Source: an uncultured Spirochaetota bacterium (GTDB taxonomy: Bacteria > Spirochaetota > Brevinematia > Brevinematales > JAOACQ01). Taken from it: DNA of 64,000 nt. The notes beneath the pieces are model-generated. The model made no database searches. It worked only from the letters and a program-made list of their open reading frames with translations, and had not been told where the DNA came from. The translations under genes were made by a program, and so were the position numbers. Shown here piece after piece: positions 50,607-60,634 of the stretch; the stretch's first letter is position 1, and every line of letters begins with the position of its first letter. The stretch covers positions 1,120,001-1,184,000 of the forward strand of contig CAVYGN010000001.1 in the NCBI GenBank assembly GCA_963768055.1, given 5' to 3'.

Positions 50607-51788
50607 TTACCTACCTTTCCCCAATAATATATTTTTAAAATCATCGACTGTCAAGCTGACAGGATTATTCTTATTTTCGGCCTTTTCTGCCATATTATCT
50701 ATATCGCCCTTCTTTAAACCTAAATCACCTATCTCCGGAATATTGAGGCTTTCCGCCGTTTCTTTTAAATATTCGGACAAAAGGGAACATCCGGCCTTGA
50801 TATCTATCGACTGTTGTCCCGAGAGTATGAAACCTGCCCTGGCGTATTTCTCAAGCGCCTGATTATCCCCGGCGGAAAACAGTTTTTCGATATTATAATC
50901 CGTAACCCTGGATAAAAGAACGGCGCAAATTGTGCCATGGGGTATGTCGAAGGACCCTCCGATTACGCCTGCAAGCCCATGAACCGGTCCGAGGCCGGCG
51001 TTTGCCAGTGCGGTTCCCGAAAGAAACGCCGCGTATGCCAGGTTAGACCTGACTAAAATGTCGTATGATTTATCGGTACAGGCATGGATCAGGGTTTTAC
51101 CGCCGTGCATTGAGATTCCCTTGAGAGCAAGGGCGTCTGATAGAAACGAGGATTCCGAGGATACAAAACTTTCTATGAGCTGCGTCAGCGCGTCCATTCC
51201 GCAGGCAGCCGAAATTTCCGGCGGGCAGCTTAAAGTCAGAGCGGGATCTATTATGGCAATATCCGGAACGAGATTGTCATGATGCAAAGATTTTTTCCAG
51301 CCTCCCGGCCCCGGCTTTGTCAATACCGAATTTTTAGTCGCTTCGCTACCGGTTCCCGCGGTTGTAGGAACCGCCATGAAAGGAACTTTCACTCCGTTAT
51401 GTTTCTTCGGGTTAGTTCCGGCAATATAATCCGCAACATTCCCTGTTTGAGGGATCATTCCGGAAACAGCCTTGCCGGCGTCTATAACGCTTCCCCCGCC
51501 GATTGAAACTACCGCGTTGATATTTCTTTTCCTGTAATATTCCGCAGCTTCATCGATAAAATCAGTAGTAGGTTCTCCGCTTACTTCCAATTCAGAATAA
51601 ATTATATTTCTTTTTCCCAGGTCTTTATATAAGGCGTCCCTGAAAGGCGATTTTTTGAAGGATGAAACTCCTGTGATAATAAGGATATTATCGCCTATGC
51701 CGTCGATTATGCCTGCCAGCCTTGAGGACGAGCCCGCCCCGAAAACCACCCTTGGATTAAAGAAATAATCATAAATATCTGCTTTCAT
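50607..51788 (-). CDS. Iron-containing alcohol dehydrogenase
   Basis: GGGSVIDAGK, PTTAGTGSEAT, DALTQLIE, VHGLA, IPHG. Confidence 0.92.
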   Translation of the reverse strand: MKADIYDYFFNPRVVFGAGSSSRLAGIIDGIGDNILIITGVSSFKKSPFRDALYKDLGKRNIIYSELEVSGEPTTDFIDEAAEYYRKRNINAVVSIGGGSVIDAGKAVSGMIPQTGNVADYIAGTNPKKHNGVKVPFMAVPTTAGTGSEATKNSVLTKPGPGGWKKSLHHDNLVPDIAIIDPALTLSCPPEISAACGMDALTQLIESFVSSESSFLSDALALKGISMHGGKTLIHACTDKSYDILVRSNLAYAAFLSGTALANAGLGPVHGLAGVIGGSFDIPHGTICAVLLSRVTDYNIEKLFSAGDNQALEKYARAGFILSGQQSIDIKAGCSLLSEYLKETAESLNIPEIGDLGLKKGDIDNMAEKAENKNNPVSLTVDDFKNILLGKGR

Positions 51789-51792
51789 AAAA

Positions 51793-52572
51793 TCAACCTA
51801 TAGATATTCCCACAGGGCAATGATCCGACCCTGGAATTTCTTTGAGAATAAAACTGTCTTTAACTTTTGAAAAGAATTCCATGTTAACGAAAACGTAATC
51901 TATCCTCCACCCTATGCCCCTCTCCCGGGCCCTGAAGCGGTAAGTCCACCAGCTGTATCCGGCGCTTTGAGGGTAGAAAGCCCTGTAAGTGTCGATATAG
52001 CCATGAGAAACGAATTTATCCATCCATGCCCTTTCTACCGGCAAAAAACCGGAGCGGGTCTCGTTTTCCCTGGGATTTTTAAGGTCTATGTCGTTATGGG
52101 CCGTGTTAAAGTCGCCCATGATAACCAGATTTTCCCCCGAATTTTTCAATTTATCGGCGTAATCGAGGAAAGAATCATAAAAACGGAGCTTATACGAAAG
52201 CCTTTCATCGTCCATCTGTCCGTTGGGGTAATAAATATTAAAGAGAGTAAAAGGGATGGGCAGATCTTCGTAATGTGAAATAATTATCCTTCCCTCCTCG
52301 CTGAATTCGTTATTCCCGAATCCCTTCTCAAACTTCGACGGCTTTATCTTAGATAACAGCAATGTGCCGCTGTACCCCTTTCTCTTGGCAGGGTTCCATA
52401 CGGTATTATAGCCTTCCGCAAAACCGGGAAAATCTTTTTCCACCTGTTCCTGAGTTGCCTTGATTTCCTGAAATCCGATAATGTCGGGATCAAGCCCTTT
52501 TATCGTTTCTTCAAGGCCGTTCTTCAGGCAAGCCCTGATGCCGTTGACGTTCCAGGATAAAATGAGGATCAT
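51793..52572 (-). CDS. xth: Exodeoxyribonuclease III / AP endonuclease
   Basis: SWNVNGIRA, QEIK, GDFNTAH, GWRIDY, GSDHCPV. Confidence 0.96.
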   Translation of the reverse strand: MILILSWNVNGIRACLKNGLEETIKGLDPDIIGFQEIKATQEQVEKDFPGFAEGYNTVWNPAKRKGYSGTLLLSKIKPSKFEKGFGNNEFSEEGRIIISHYEDLPIPFTLFNIYYPNGQMDDERLSYKLRFYDSFLDYADKLKNSGENLVIMGDFNTAHNDIDLKNPRENETRSGFLPVERAWMDKFVSHGYIDTYRAFYPQSAGYSWWTYRFRARERGIGWRIDYVFVNMEFFSKVKDSFILKEIPGSDHCPVGISIG

Positions 52573-52603
52573 TTATATTCTCCTCCATCATGCTACTTTA
52601 TCT

Positions 52604-52632
52604 TTGACAATTCATCAAATCTTCATTAAACT
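52604..52632 (+). promoter_or_regulatory. sigma70 promoter for tyrS operon
   Basis: TTGACA-N17-TAAACT. Confidence 0.65.
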
Positions 52633-52661
52633 AATTTAAATGATGCGCATAAGGGGTTTTC

Positions 52662-53912
52662 ATGAATCCACCTTCCAGCCGGACTCTTGATGAGCAAATG
52701 AAGATCTTATCCAGGGGCGTAGTAGAGATTATACCGGAAGAAAAATTAAAAGAAAAATTAAAAAAATCAATAGCATGGGGAAAGCCTTTAAAGATTAAAT
52801 TCGGCGCCGATCCTTCAGCCCCGGACATCCATCTCGGACATACCGTTCCTTTGAGGAAATTAAGGCAGTTCCAGGAGCTCGGGCATGAAATCTATTTTCT
52901 TATAGGGGATTTTACCGGAATGATAGGCGATCCTACTGGAAAATCCCAGACAAGAAAGCGCCTTACCAGGGAAGAGATCCTCAAAAACGCCGAAACTTAT
53001 AGATCGCAGATTTTTAAAATACTCGACCCTGAAAAAACAAGGGTTGTGTTTAACAGCGACTGGTGTTCAAAAATGTCCTTCGGCGATGTCCTTGAACTCA
53101 CCGCTCATTACACGGTTGCAAGGCTCCTTGAAAGAGAGGATTTCAGCAGAAGGTATAAGGACGGAAAACCAATTTCGATGATCGAATTCATGTATCCGCT
53201 AATACAGGGTTATGATTCTGTTGTTCTCAATGCCGATGTGGAGATAGGCGGAACCGATCAGAAATTCAATCTGCTTGTCGGCAGAGACCTTCAGGGAGAA
53301 TACGGCCAGGAAGAACAGATCGTATTGACATTACCCCTTCTGGAGGGCACTGACGGCGTTAACAAGATGAGCAAATCGCTTGGGAATTATATAGGGATCA
53401 GCGAACTGCCCGGGCAGATATTCGGAAAGATTATGTCCATACCGGATAATATGATAATAAAATATTTCGAACTTTTGACGGATGTTCCGATGGAAACGAT
53501 AAAAAAATACGCCGAAAGCATGAAACAAGGCCGGAACCCCAGGGAATTCAAAGTAATACTGGCTGAAACGATAGTAAGCGATTATTATTCCGAAGAAGAA
53601 GCGCAAAATGCATTGATAGAATTTGAAAGGGTTTTCAAGGACAAGGGGATTCCGGATGAAATTGAGGAATTTCCCCTCGGAAGAGAAATGAAATTAATAG
53701 AAATTCTTGTCGAATCCGGTACGGTTCCATCGAAAAGCGAAGTCAGGAGACTATTGAATCAGAACGCTGTATCCTTGATGCCACATCCCGGAGATTCAGA
53801 TCAAAATTCTATATCAACTTTAAAAAATGAGAACGAGTTATTTTATCCGGGCAAACATCCGAAGGGGCTGATAATAAAAGTAGGCAAAAGAAAATTTCTC
53901 AGGGTCAAATGA
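52662..53912 (+). CDS. tyrS: Tyrosine--tRNA ligase
   Basis: HLGH, GDPTG, QGYD, GGTDQ, KMSKS, S4 domain ending VGKRKF. Confidence 0.97.
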   Translation: MNPPSSRTLDEQMKILSRGVVEIIPEEKLKEKLKKSIAWGKPLKIKFGADPSAPDIHLGHTVPLRKLRQFQELGHEIYFLIGDFTGMIGDPTGKSQTRKRLTREEILKNAETYRSQIFKILDPEKTRVVFNSDWCSKMSFGDVLELTAHYTVARLLEREDFSRRYKDGKPISMIEFMYPLIQGYDSVVLNADVEIGGTDQKFNLLVGRDLQGEYGQEEQIVLTLPLLEGTDGVNKMSKSLGNYIGISELPGQIFGKIMSIPDNMIIKYFELLTDVPMETIKKYAESMKQGRNPREFKVILAETIVSDYYSEEEAQNALIEFERVFKDKGIPDEIEEFPLGREMKLIEILVESGTVPSKSEVRRLLNQNAVSLMPHPGDSDQNSISTLKNENELFYPGKHPKGLIIKVGKRKFLRVK

Positions 53913-53925
53913 TCCGGGGGGACTC

Positions 53926-54678
53926 ATGATACTTCAGGGAATCGATCTGTTCATGGATCTCATCATGAAATCCGATTATATCGTATCTCTGACCGGTGCC
54001 GGTATTTCTACAAATGCAGGAATTCCGGATTTCAGGGGCCCTAACGGTCTTTATTCAAAGAATGATATGCCCGCAGATAAATTATTCGACATCGATTACT
54101 TTAAAAAAAATCCTGAACTTTTTTACGATCATTTCAGCGAACTGGCTGAAATGTTTGTGAATGCAGCCCCGACAAAGGGGCACCAATTTTTAAAAAAACT
54201 TGAAATTCTCGGAAAGTTAAAAGCTGTAATAACTCAAAATATAGACGGACTTCATAAAAAAGCGGGAAATTCGAATGTAATAGAACTTCATGGAAATTTC
54301 GATAAGTTTTCCTGCATCGACTGCAATAAAGAAGTTCTTTCGGGCACTTCCCAATATCTGGAAATAATAAAGGGGATGAAAAGCAAAATAGTGCCAAGGT
54401 GCTATAACTGCGGGGGGATTATAAAACCCAATGTTGTCTTTTTCGGAGAATATGTACGCGATCTGGAAAAAGCACTTACGGAAATACAAAAATCTGATCT
54501 CATGATAACGATGGGAACTTCCCTGACTGTCTACCCGGCTTCAACGCTGCCCTCCTATTTACCGGACGGATCGAAGCTTGTTATTATAAATGAAATGGAA
54601 ACACCTTTCGATTCAAAGGCAAAAGTAGTACTGCATGAGGATATCGAAAAAGTCGTTGATAAACTTCAAATTTTTTAA
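53926..54678 (+). CDS. cobB: NAD-dependent protein deacylase (sirtuin)
   Basis: GAGISTNAGIPDFRG, TQNIDGLH, HG, two CxxC, VFFGE, GTSL. Confidence 0.92.
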   Translation: MILQGIDLFMDLIMKSDYIVSLTGAGISTNAGIPDFRGPNGLYSKNDMPADKLFDIDYFKKNPELFYDHFSELAEMFVNAAPTKGHQFLKKLEILGKLKAVITQNIDGLHKKAGNSNVIELHGNFDKFSCIDCNKEVLSGTSQYLEIIKGMKSKIVPRCYNCGGIIKPNVVFFGEYVRDLEKALTEIQKSDLMITMGTSLTVYPASTLPSYLPDGSKLVIINEMETPFDSKAKVVLHEDIEKVVDKLQIF

Positions 54679-54688
54679 TGGGGAAAAA

Positions 54689-56164
54689 ATGCAGAACGAA
54701 TCGATTCTTATAGTCGAGGATGAGGTTCTTGTAGCGAAGAACCTTCAAAACATACTGATATCCCATGGCTTCGATGTTCCTTTTATATGTGATAACGGTA
54801 AGGACGCTATAGAGAAAGCGAGGGAATTAAAACCGTCTATAATCCTTATGGACATTATGCTCAAAGGCAAAATGGACGGTATCGACGCCGCCGAATATAT
54901 TTATAACAGGCTGAACATTCCTGTTGTTTTCTTAACGGCTTACGGTGATGAAAACACCCTTGAGAGGGCAAAATCCGCCGAACCTTACGGCTATCTCCTG
55001 AAACCTATTTCCGACAGCATACTTAAGACAACTATAGAGATGGCTATTCAGAAACACAGGCTTGAAAAAAAAGTACGCGAAAACGAGGAATGGCTTTCAT
55101 TTATACTCAAGAATATCGACTATGCCGTTCTGGTCATAAGAAGCGACCTTATCGTGAGTTTTGCCAACCCTGCCGCCGAGTCGCTTCTTTCTAAAGAGCA
55201 GGAAGAAATAATAAATAAAAATATAAAGGATATTTTCAGCCTTATGGAATCCGATAAAAATGTAAATATTGAAGATATGATCAAAAAAATCAGGGATAAA
55301 AAAGAAAAATTTGAATTTTTTTCACGATACTTTCTTATTTATAATGATAGTAATAAGATTCCTATTGATGGAAGCGCAATGCCGTTATGGAGCGATTCCG
55401 GCTCCTTCGGAGGGATTATTTTAATGATGCGGGATATAAATCTGCAAAAAAAAATTGAAAATGAAATGCTCAGGTTTGAAAAACTTGAATCGTTAAGCAT
55501 GCTTGCCGGGGGGATAGCCCATGATTTCAACAATATGCTCACAGTAATCATGGGAAACCTTGCCCAATGCAGGCAGAAAGATATAAACGCCGATGAGCTG
55601 GATAATTATCTCGATGAATCTTCAAATGCCATCCTCCGGGCAAAAGAACTCACTCACCAGCTTATGTCATTTTCAAAGGTCGGAACACTGTCAATTAAAA
55701 CCCATGATATCAGGAAAATAATAAAATCGATCGCATCTTTTATTATGCATGGATCAAGCATAAATGTGAATTATAAGTTTCCCGATAACCTGGATTTTGT
55801 TTGCATAGATGAAACTCAAATCGAGCAGGTCTTACAGAATATCATCATAAATGCAAGAGAAGCCATGTCAGGCGACAACACTCTTTCCATTTCGGCTGAA
55901 AATTACAGGTATGAGGATATTGATAAACCTCTTCAGCATGGCGATTATGTAAAAATTTTGATCGGCGACAACGGACCAGGCATTAATGAGAAAGATATCA
56001 ATAGGATTTTCGACCCGTATTTCACTACAAAACCTAACGGGACCGGACTCGGTTTGTCAACCGCTTATACCATTTTGAAAAAACACGGCGGCTTCATCAC
56101 AGTCGATTCTGAAGAAGGGAAAGGCACGACTTTCACTATATATCTTCCGGTTTCAAAAGGCTGA
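54689..56164 (+). CDS. Hybrid sensor histidine kinase (REC-PAS-HisKA-HATPase)
   Basis: ILIVEDE...LMDI receiver, PAS (FANPAAE), GIAHDFNN H-box, DNGPGI, FTTK, GTGLGL. Confidence 0.92.
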   Translation: MQNESILIVEDEVLVAKNLQNILISHGFDVPFICDNGKDAIEKARELKPSIILMDIMLKGKMDGIDAAEYIYNRLNIPVVFLTAYGDENTLERAKSAEPYGYLLKPISDSILKTTIEMAIQKHRLEKKVRENEEWLSFILKNIDYAVLVIRSDLIVSFANPAAESLLSKEQEEIINKNIKDIFSLMESDKNVNIEDMIKKIRDKKEKFEFFSRYFLIYNDSNKIPIDGSAMPLWSDSGSFGGIILMMRDINLQKKIENEMLRFEKLESLSMLAGGIAHDFNNMLTVIMGNLAQCRQKDINADELDNYLDESSNAILRAKELTHQLMSFSKVGTLSIKTHDIRKIIKSIASFIMHGSSINVNYKFPDNLDFVCIDETQIEQVLQNIIINAREAMSGDNTLSISAENYRYEDIDKPLQHGDYVKILIGDNGPGINEKDINRIFDPYFTTKPNGTGLGLSTAYTILKKHGGFITVDSEEGKGTTFTIYLPVSKG

Positions 56165-56209
56165 CAATTAAAATTAATAATAAAAAACAAATATTTGCGG
56201 GAGGATTTA

Positions 56210-58642
56210 GTGTCTTTTTCAAAAAACGCCCTTTATATTATGGAAAAATTTTACTTAAAAAAGGATAAAAACGGCAATCTCATTGAAAAAAATTACGAAG
56301 AAACGTTTTCCCGTGTGGCTGATTTCGTAGCCTCAGCGGAAAAAAACAATGAGGTAAGAAAAAGAGTCAAAAAACAATTATTCGACCTGATGGCCGAGCA
56401 GAAATTCATGTTTTCTTCCCCGACCCTATTCAATGCCGGTTCTGACTTTCCGTTATCCTCAAGTTGTTTTGTCGGCGGCCTTGAGGACGACATGGGCGTA
56501 ATAATGAAATCTGCCTCCGATACAGCGATCACTTTCAAATCAGGCGCTGGAATGGGATTGAATTTCGGTGTTTTAAGGCCTAAGAGTGCGCCTGTGGGCA
56601 GAGGCGGTACATCAAGCGGCCCCGTCAGTTTTATGCGGCTGTTCGACGAGGTCGGCGAAGCGGTGAAAAGCGGAGGAGTTCGGCGGGCCGCTTTTATGGC
56701 AATGATGGATGTCTGCCATCCAGATATCGAAGAATTCATAACATCGAAGGACTATTCAGCTAACATCAACCGACAGTTTCCTAACCTTTCTAAATCTGAA
56801 AAATTTACAGAGCACCTGCTTCAGAGCATATCGGAAACAATTTCTGCAGATATAAAGGACGGTACGGCTGTTCAGGCGGTTATCAATGAAATAAGGAAGA
56901 AACTTTTCGAACCCCTGAGTAATATGAATATCAGCGTGGCGATCACTGATGAATTTATGGACGCCGTAAAAAACGATCATGAATTTTTGCTTATTTATAA
57001 AAATATTAATAAAAAAATATTAGCAAAGGAACTTTTCAGGAAAATAGCATTATCGGCCTGGAGAACGGCTGATCCGGGTGTCTGGTTTATCGACAGGGCT
57101 AACGAATTCGACACAGTACCTTCGATGGGAAGGATCCTCTCGACGAACCCATGCGGCGAACAGAGCCTCCACAACTTTACCAGCTGCAATCTCGGTTCTA
57201 TAAACCTTAATAAATTTATTAAAGAAAACAAATTTGACTTCGGCTCTTTCAGCGAAACCGTCGCGATAGCGGTAAGGGGCCTTGATAATGTAATAGATGT
57301 TTCCGTTTTCCCGACCGATAAATTTAAGGAAGAGACAAGGAAAATCAGGCCCATCGGCCTTGGGTTTACAGGACTGGCAGAAGTGCTGTTCAAACTCAGG
57401 ATTCCTTACAATTCAGAACAGGGTTATGAATTAGCTGCGGACATAACCAGGGTTATGACCCAGACAGCAATCGAATCGTCAATTGAATTGGGAAAGGAAA
57501 AAGGATCTTTCGAGATTTTCAATGAAAACAAGGAATCGCTAATAAACGTTGTCGGTAAATATTACGATTCCAAGGGTGAGATATCCGCGATTGAAAAATC
57601 AATAAATCAAAACGGCATCCGCAACAGCAACTGGACTACTCTGGCGCCTACAGGGACGATAAGCCTGATCCTTGACGCATCCACCTATTCCCTCGAACCT
57701 CAATTCGCTCTTGCATACAAAAAAAACCTTATTGACGGAGGAATACTGGAGTACACCGATCCTGAATTTGAAAAAGCTATAAACGGCGACCATTCTATTA
57801 TCCAAAAGATAATTGATAACGGCGGAAGCTGTATGGGTATTAATGATATACCCGAAGAAGTCCATACTGTATTTGTCGTCAGCCATGACATCCCCTTCGA
57901 GGACAGAATAAAAATGCAGTCGGCCGTTCAAAAATACATTTCCAACAGTATTTCTTCAACGATTAACCTTCCGAATTCTATAACTGTTGATGAAATAGAG
58001 AACATCTATCTTAAATCCTGGGAAGCCGGATTGAAAGGCGTAACCATTTATCGCGATGGAGTAAAATATTTTCAGCCTATGACCTCTTCGGCTGCAGGAA
58101 AAGACCGGGTAAGGGAAACGTCCGGAAAATGCCGGAGCTGGGAAAGGCCCAGGGTTCTAAAGGGCGATATTTTTAAAACAAAAACCGGCAGCGGAACTCT
58201 TTATACATCAGTTGGCATGGATGAAAACGGTTTCCCTGTTGAGATATTTATCAATATTTCAAAACATGGCTCTGATGTTTCAGCATTTTCGGAAGCACTC
58301 GGCAGGGTAATATCTATCGCTCTTCAGAACGGAATACCGGTAGAAAGTATTGCGGAAACTATCATAGGAATCACCGGAGATTCATCTGCATGGGATTCCG
58401 GAAAACTTATAAAAAGCATTCCTGACGCAGTCGGAAGGATTTTGAAGGATTTCGCAGATAAGCTTAACAAGGAATCGTTGGAACAAACCCTCTTCGACAA
58501 GGAAAAAATAAAAGCGGATATTGATGATAAACCAAGGGAAATAATTGGCGCAAAGATCTGCCCCCATTGCGGAGAAAAGTCTTACATAAAGACGGAGGAT
58601 TGCAGCACATGCCTTTCCTGCGGATTTTCACGATGCAGTTAA
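56210..58642 (+). CDS. nrdJ: Adenosylcobalamin-dependent (class II) ribonucleotide reductase with C-terminal TSCPD-like and Zn-ribbon domains
   Basis: SPTLFNAG, SSCFV, TNPCGEQ, CNLGSINL, APTGT, KGVTIYRDG, SIPDA, CPHC..C..CGFSRC; GTG start after ggagg. Confidence 0.93.
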   Translation: MSFSKNALYIMEKFYLKKDKNGNLIEKNYEETFSRVADFVASAEKNNEVRKRVKKQLFDLMAEQKFMFSSPTLFNAGSDFPLSSSCFVGGLEDDMGVIMKSASDTAITFKSGAGMGLNFGVLRPKSAPVGRGGTSSGPVSFMRLFDEVGEAVKSGGVRRAAFMAMMDVCHPDIEEFITSKDYSANINRQFPNLSKSEKFTEHLLQSISETISADIKDGTAVQAVINEIRKKLFEPLSNMNISVAITDEFMDAVKNDHEFLLIYKNINKKILAKELFRKIALSAWRTADPGVWFIDRANEFDTVPSMGRILSTNPCGEQSLHNFTSCNLGSINLNKFIKENKFDFGSFSETVAIAVRGLDNVIDVSVFPTDKFKEETRKIRPIGLGFTGLAEVLFKLRIPYNSEQGYELAADITRVMTQTAIESSIELGKEKGSFEIFNENKESLINVVGKYYDSKGEISAIEKSINQNGIRNSNWTTLAPTGTISLILDASTYSLEPQFALAYKKNLIDGGILEYTDPEFEKAINGDHSIIQKIIDNGGSCMGINDIPEEVHTVFVVSHDIPFEDRIKMQSAVQKYISNSISSTINLPNSITVDEIENIYLKSWEAGLKGVTIYRDGVKYFQPMTSSAAGKDRVRETSGKCRSWERPRVLKGDIFKTKTGSGTLYTSVGMDENGFPVEIFINISKHGSDVSAFSEALGRVISIALQNGIPVESIAETIIGITGDSSAWDSGKLIKSIPDAVGRILKDFADKLNKESLEQTLFDKEKIKADIDDKPREIIGAKICPHCGEKSYIKTEDCSTCLSCGFSRCS

Positions 58643-58822
58643 TTGCTGGCAGCAAAAGAACGAAGAAGTTTTTTGATCATTAAAAGATTTTGACGGCCCC
58701 CCGCGCTCTGCAGATGCAAAGAATAAAACTCCATGACTTGTGACTACATGTAAAATACTTTCGTAATTAATGTTATATAATAAAGTGATAAATTTCTTCA
58801 ATCCCTATTCCGATAATAACAT

Positions 58823-60064
58823 ATGATAAAAAGCATTCTCTCGAAGTTTTCCCGCTTTATTTCCGGTTTAATAAGCCAATTCAGGGTATACTACTATCTT
58901 TTCAAAAAGGAAAGCGTATTCACCTATTTTCTTGTAATATTTTTCCTTATGGTCTTTTCAGCCGGGCTATTCATGATCTTTGAGTTCGGAAGGCTTGTAA
59001 GCGCCGGCGGTGTTGAAAATGATGCATTTTATGTTCAGATAATCACGGCGCTTTACTGGGCTACGGTAACGATTTCTACCGCGGGTTACGGCGATATCGT
59101 CCCCATAACACCCCAGGGCAAGATACTCGTAATAATCGTCCTGTATTTGAGCATCGCTACAGTTTCTCTTTTTACTGCGAACCTGGCGTCAGCTCTTACA
59201 ACAAAAAAACTCATGGAAAGGAGAGGTATTATGAACCTAAGGGAATTAAACGACCATTATATAATCTGCGGATGGAAAAAGGCTATGAACCAGATCCTGG
59301 CCGAGATTGTTTTTCAAAACCCAAAAATTAATCTGAAAAAAATAATAATCATAGCAAATATCGAACCGGAAGATATAGAATTATTCTATCAGCAATACCC
59401 TGATTACCAGCAGATCACGATAATCAGGGGAGAGCATTATAATGAGGCCCTCCTTAAAAAAGCCAATGTCCAGAAAGCGAGCAGAGTTATTATTCTTTCC
59501 GATGAAAGTTCATCAACATCCCCTACTGAGGCAGATTCAAAGACTGTAATGGCTGCCATGGCCATCAATTCGCTGTCCAATAATATAAAAGTGAGCGCAG
59601 AGATTATGGATAAAAAATTCGAGAAATATCTCACTTCGGCGCATGTAGAGGAAATTATTTTTACTAATGAATACAACAAGGTTCTCATTGCCAATTCCCT
59701 GACGCAGGTCGGAATTACCAAAATCATCAACAATCTTCTTAACGCCGGCTTACCCGGGTTCATTACTACAGCTAAAATTCCTCCAATGTATGTAGGGCAG
59801 AATTTTTCAGAACTAAGAAATTATTACAGGGATAAATCAAAAGCCCTACTCATAGGCCTGCTTGAAAATGTCGGAAGCTATATTCAGAGAAAAAAGGAAG
59901 CCATAAGGGAAGCTCAGAAAACGGCAGATATAACAAAGCTTATCACTAATTTAAATTCAGCTAAAAAAATGGAAAACTACCTTCCTAACATAAACCCCGA
60001 TGAAAATTATAAAATACCTTACAATTCTATGGCTGTTCTTATTGAGCGGGAGAAAAAGTTATGA
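58823..60064 (+). CDS. Potassium channel protein (2TM pore plus RCK/TrkA-N domain)
   Basis: YWATVTISTAGYGDIVP pore, HYIICGW Rossmann RCK, LKKANV..A. Confidence 0.88.
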   Translation: MIKSILSKFSRFISGLISQFRVYYYLFKKESVFTYFLVIFFLMVFSAGLFMIFEFGRLVSAGGVENDAFYVQIITALYWATVTISTAGYGDIVPITPQGKILVIIVLYLSIATVSLFTANLASALTTKKLMERRGIMNLRELNDHYIICGWKKAMNQILAEIVFQNPKINLKKIIIIANIEPEDIELFYQQYPDYQQITIIRGEHYNEALLKKANVQKASRVIILSDESSSTSPTEADSKTVMAAMAINSLSNNIKVSAEIMDKKFEKYLTSAHVEEIIFTNEYNKVLIANSLTQVGITKIINNLLNAGLPGFITTAKIPPMYVGQNFSELRNYYRDKSKALLIGLLENVGSYIQRKKEAIREAQKTADITKLITNLNSAKKMENYLPNINPDENYKIPYNSMAVLIEREKKL

Positions 60065-60546
60065 ACATTATTGAAAGGTTAAAAACAATATCGATATTTT
60101 CAGACATAAAAGACAATGATTCAATGCTTGAAAAAATCAGTGGCATCATTACAACCGAAAATTATAAATCCGGTGACTGCATTATTATTGAGGGAGAAGT
60201 CGGCGATAAGATGTATATTCTTAATAAAGGAAGCGTTAAAATAGAGAAAAAAACGCTTTATAACGACAGTTTTGTCGTTGATATTCTTCATGATAACATG
60301 AACGTATTTTTCGGCGAGATTGCCCTTATGGATAACGATTTCCGTTCGGCAACGGTAGCCGTAGTTACCGATACGGAGTGTTATGTAATAAAAAAAGATG
60401 ATTTCGAAAAACTCTGCAGTGAAAATCCTGAAATCGGATATTTCATAATCAAGCAAATCGCTAAATCGCTCGCGCTTAAATTCAGAAAGATCAACTCGGA
60501 TAATGTAAACCTTATCAATGCTATCATCAGCGATGAAAATGAATAA
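60061..60546 (+). CDS. Stand-alone cyclic-nucleotide-binding domain protein
   Basis: IIIEGEVGDKMYIL..G.V, FFGEIAL...RSATV phosphate-binding cassette; no HTH. Confidence 0.9.
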   Translation: MNIIERLKTISIFSDIKDNDSMLEKISGIITTENYKSGDCIIIEGEVGDKMYILNKGSVKIEKKTLYNDSFVVDILHDNMNVFFGEIALMDNDFRSATVAVVTDTECYVIKKDDFEKLCSENPEIGYFIIKQIAKSLALKFRKINSDNVNLINAIISDENE

Positions 60547-60634
60547 CGGAAAATTACACAGAGACACAGAGACACGCAGTTCTTTTTAATTCCCTATTTC
60601 TATAACCGATTCTGCATCCCCGGAATGCTGGTGA

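Noticed and set aside
53926..54678. Sir2 protein as an anti-phage effector (Thoeris/DSR-type)
   Set aside because: Canonical 250 aa Zn-binding deacylase in the tyrS operon with no defence partners
56185..56200. NrdR box before nrdJ (palindrome CAAATATTTG)
   Set aside because: Centre deviates from the NrdR consensus, single copy, AT-rich context
58789..58816. sigma28 promoters (TAAA...CCGATAA) before the channel, and a similar one at 13383-13409
   Set aside because: Spacing or -35 element is off consensus; too weak to call
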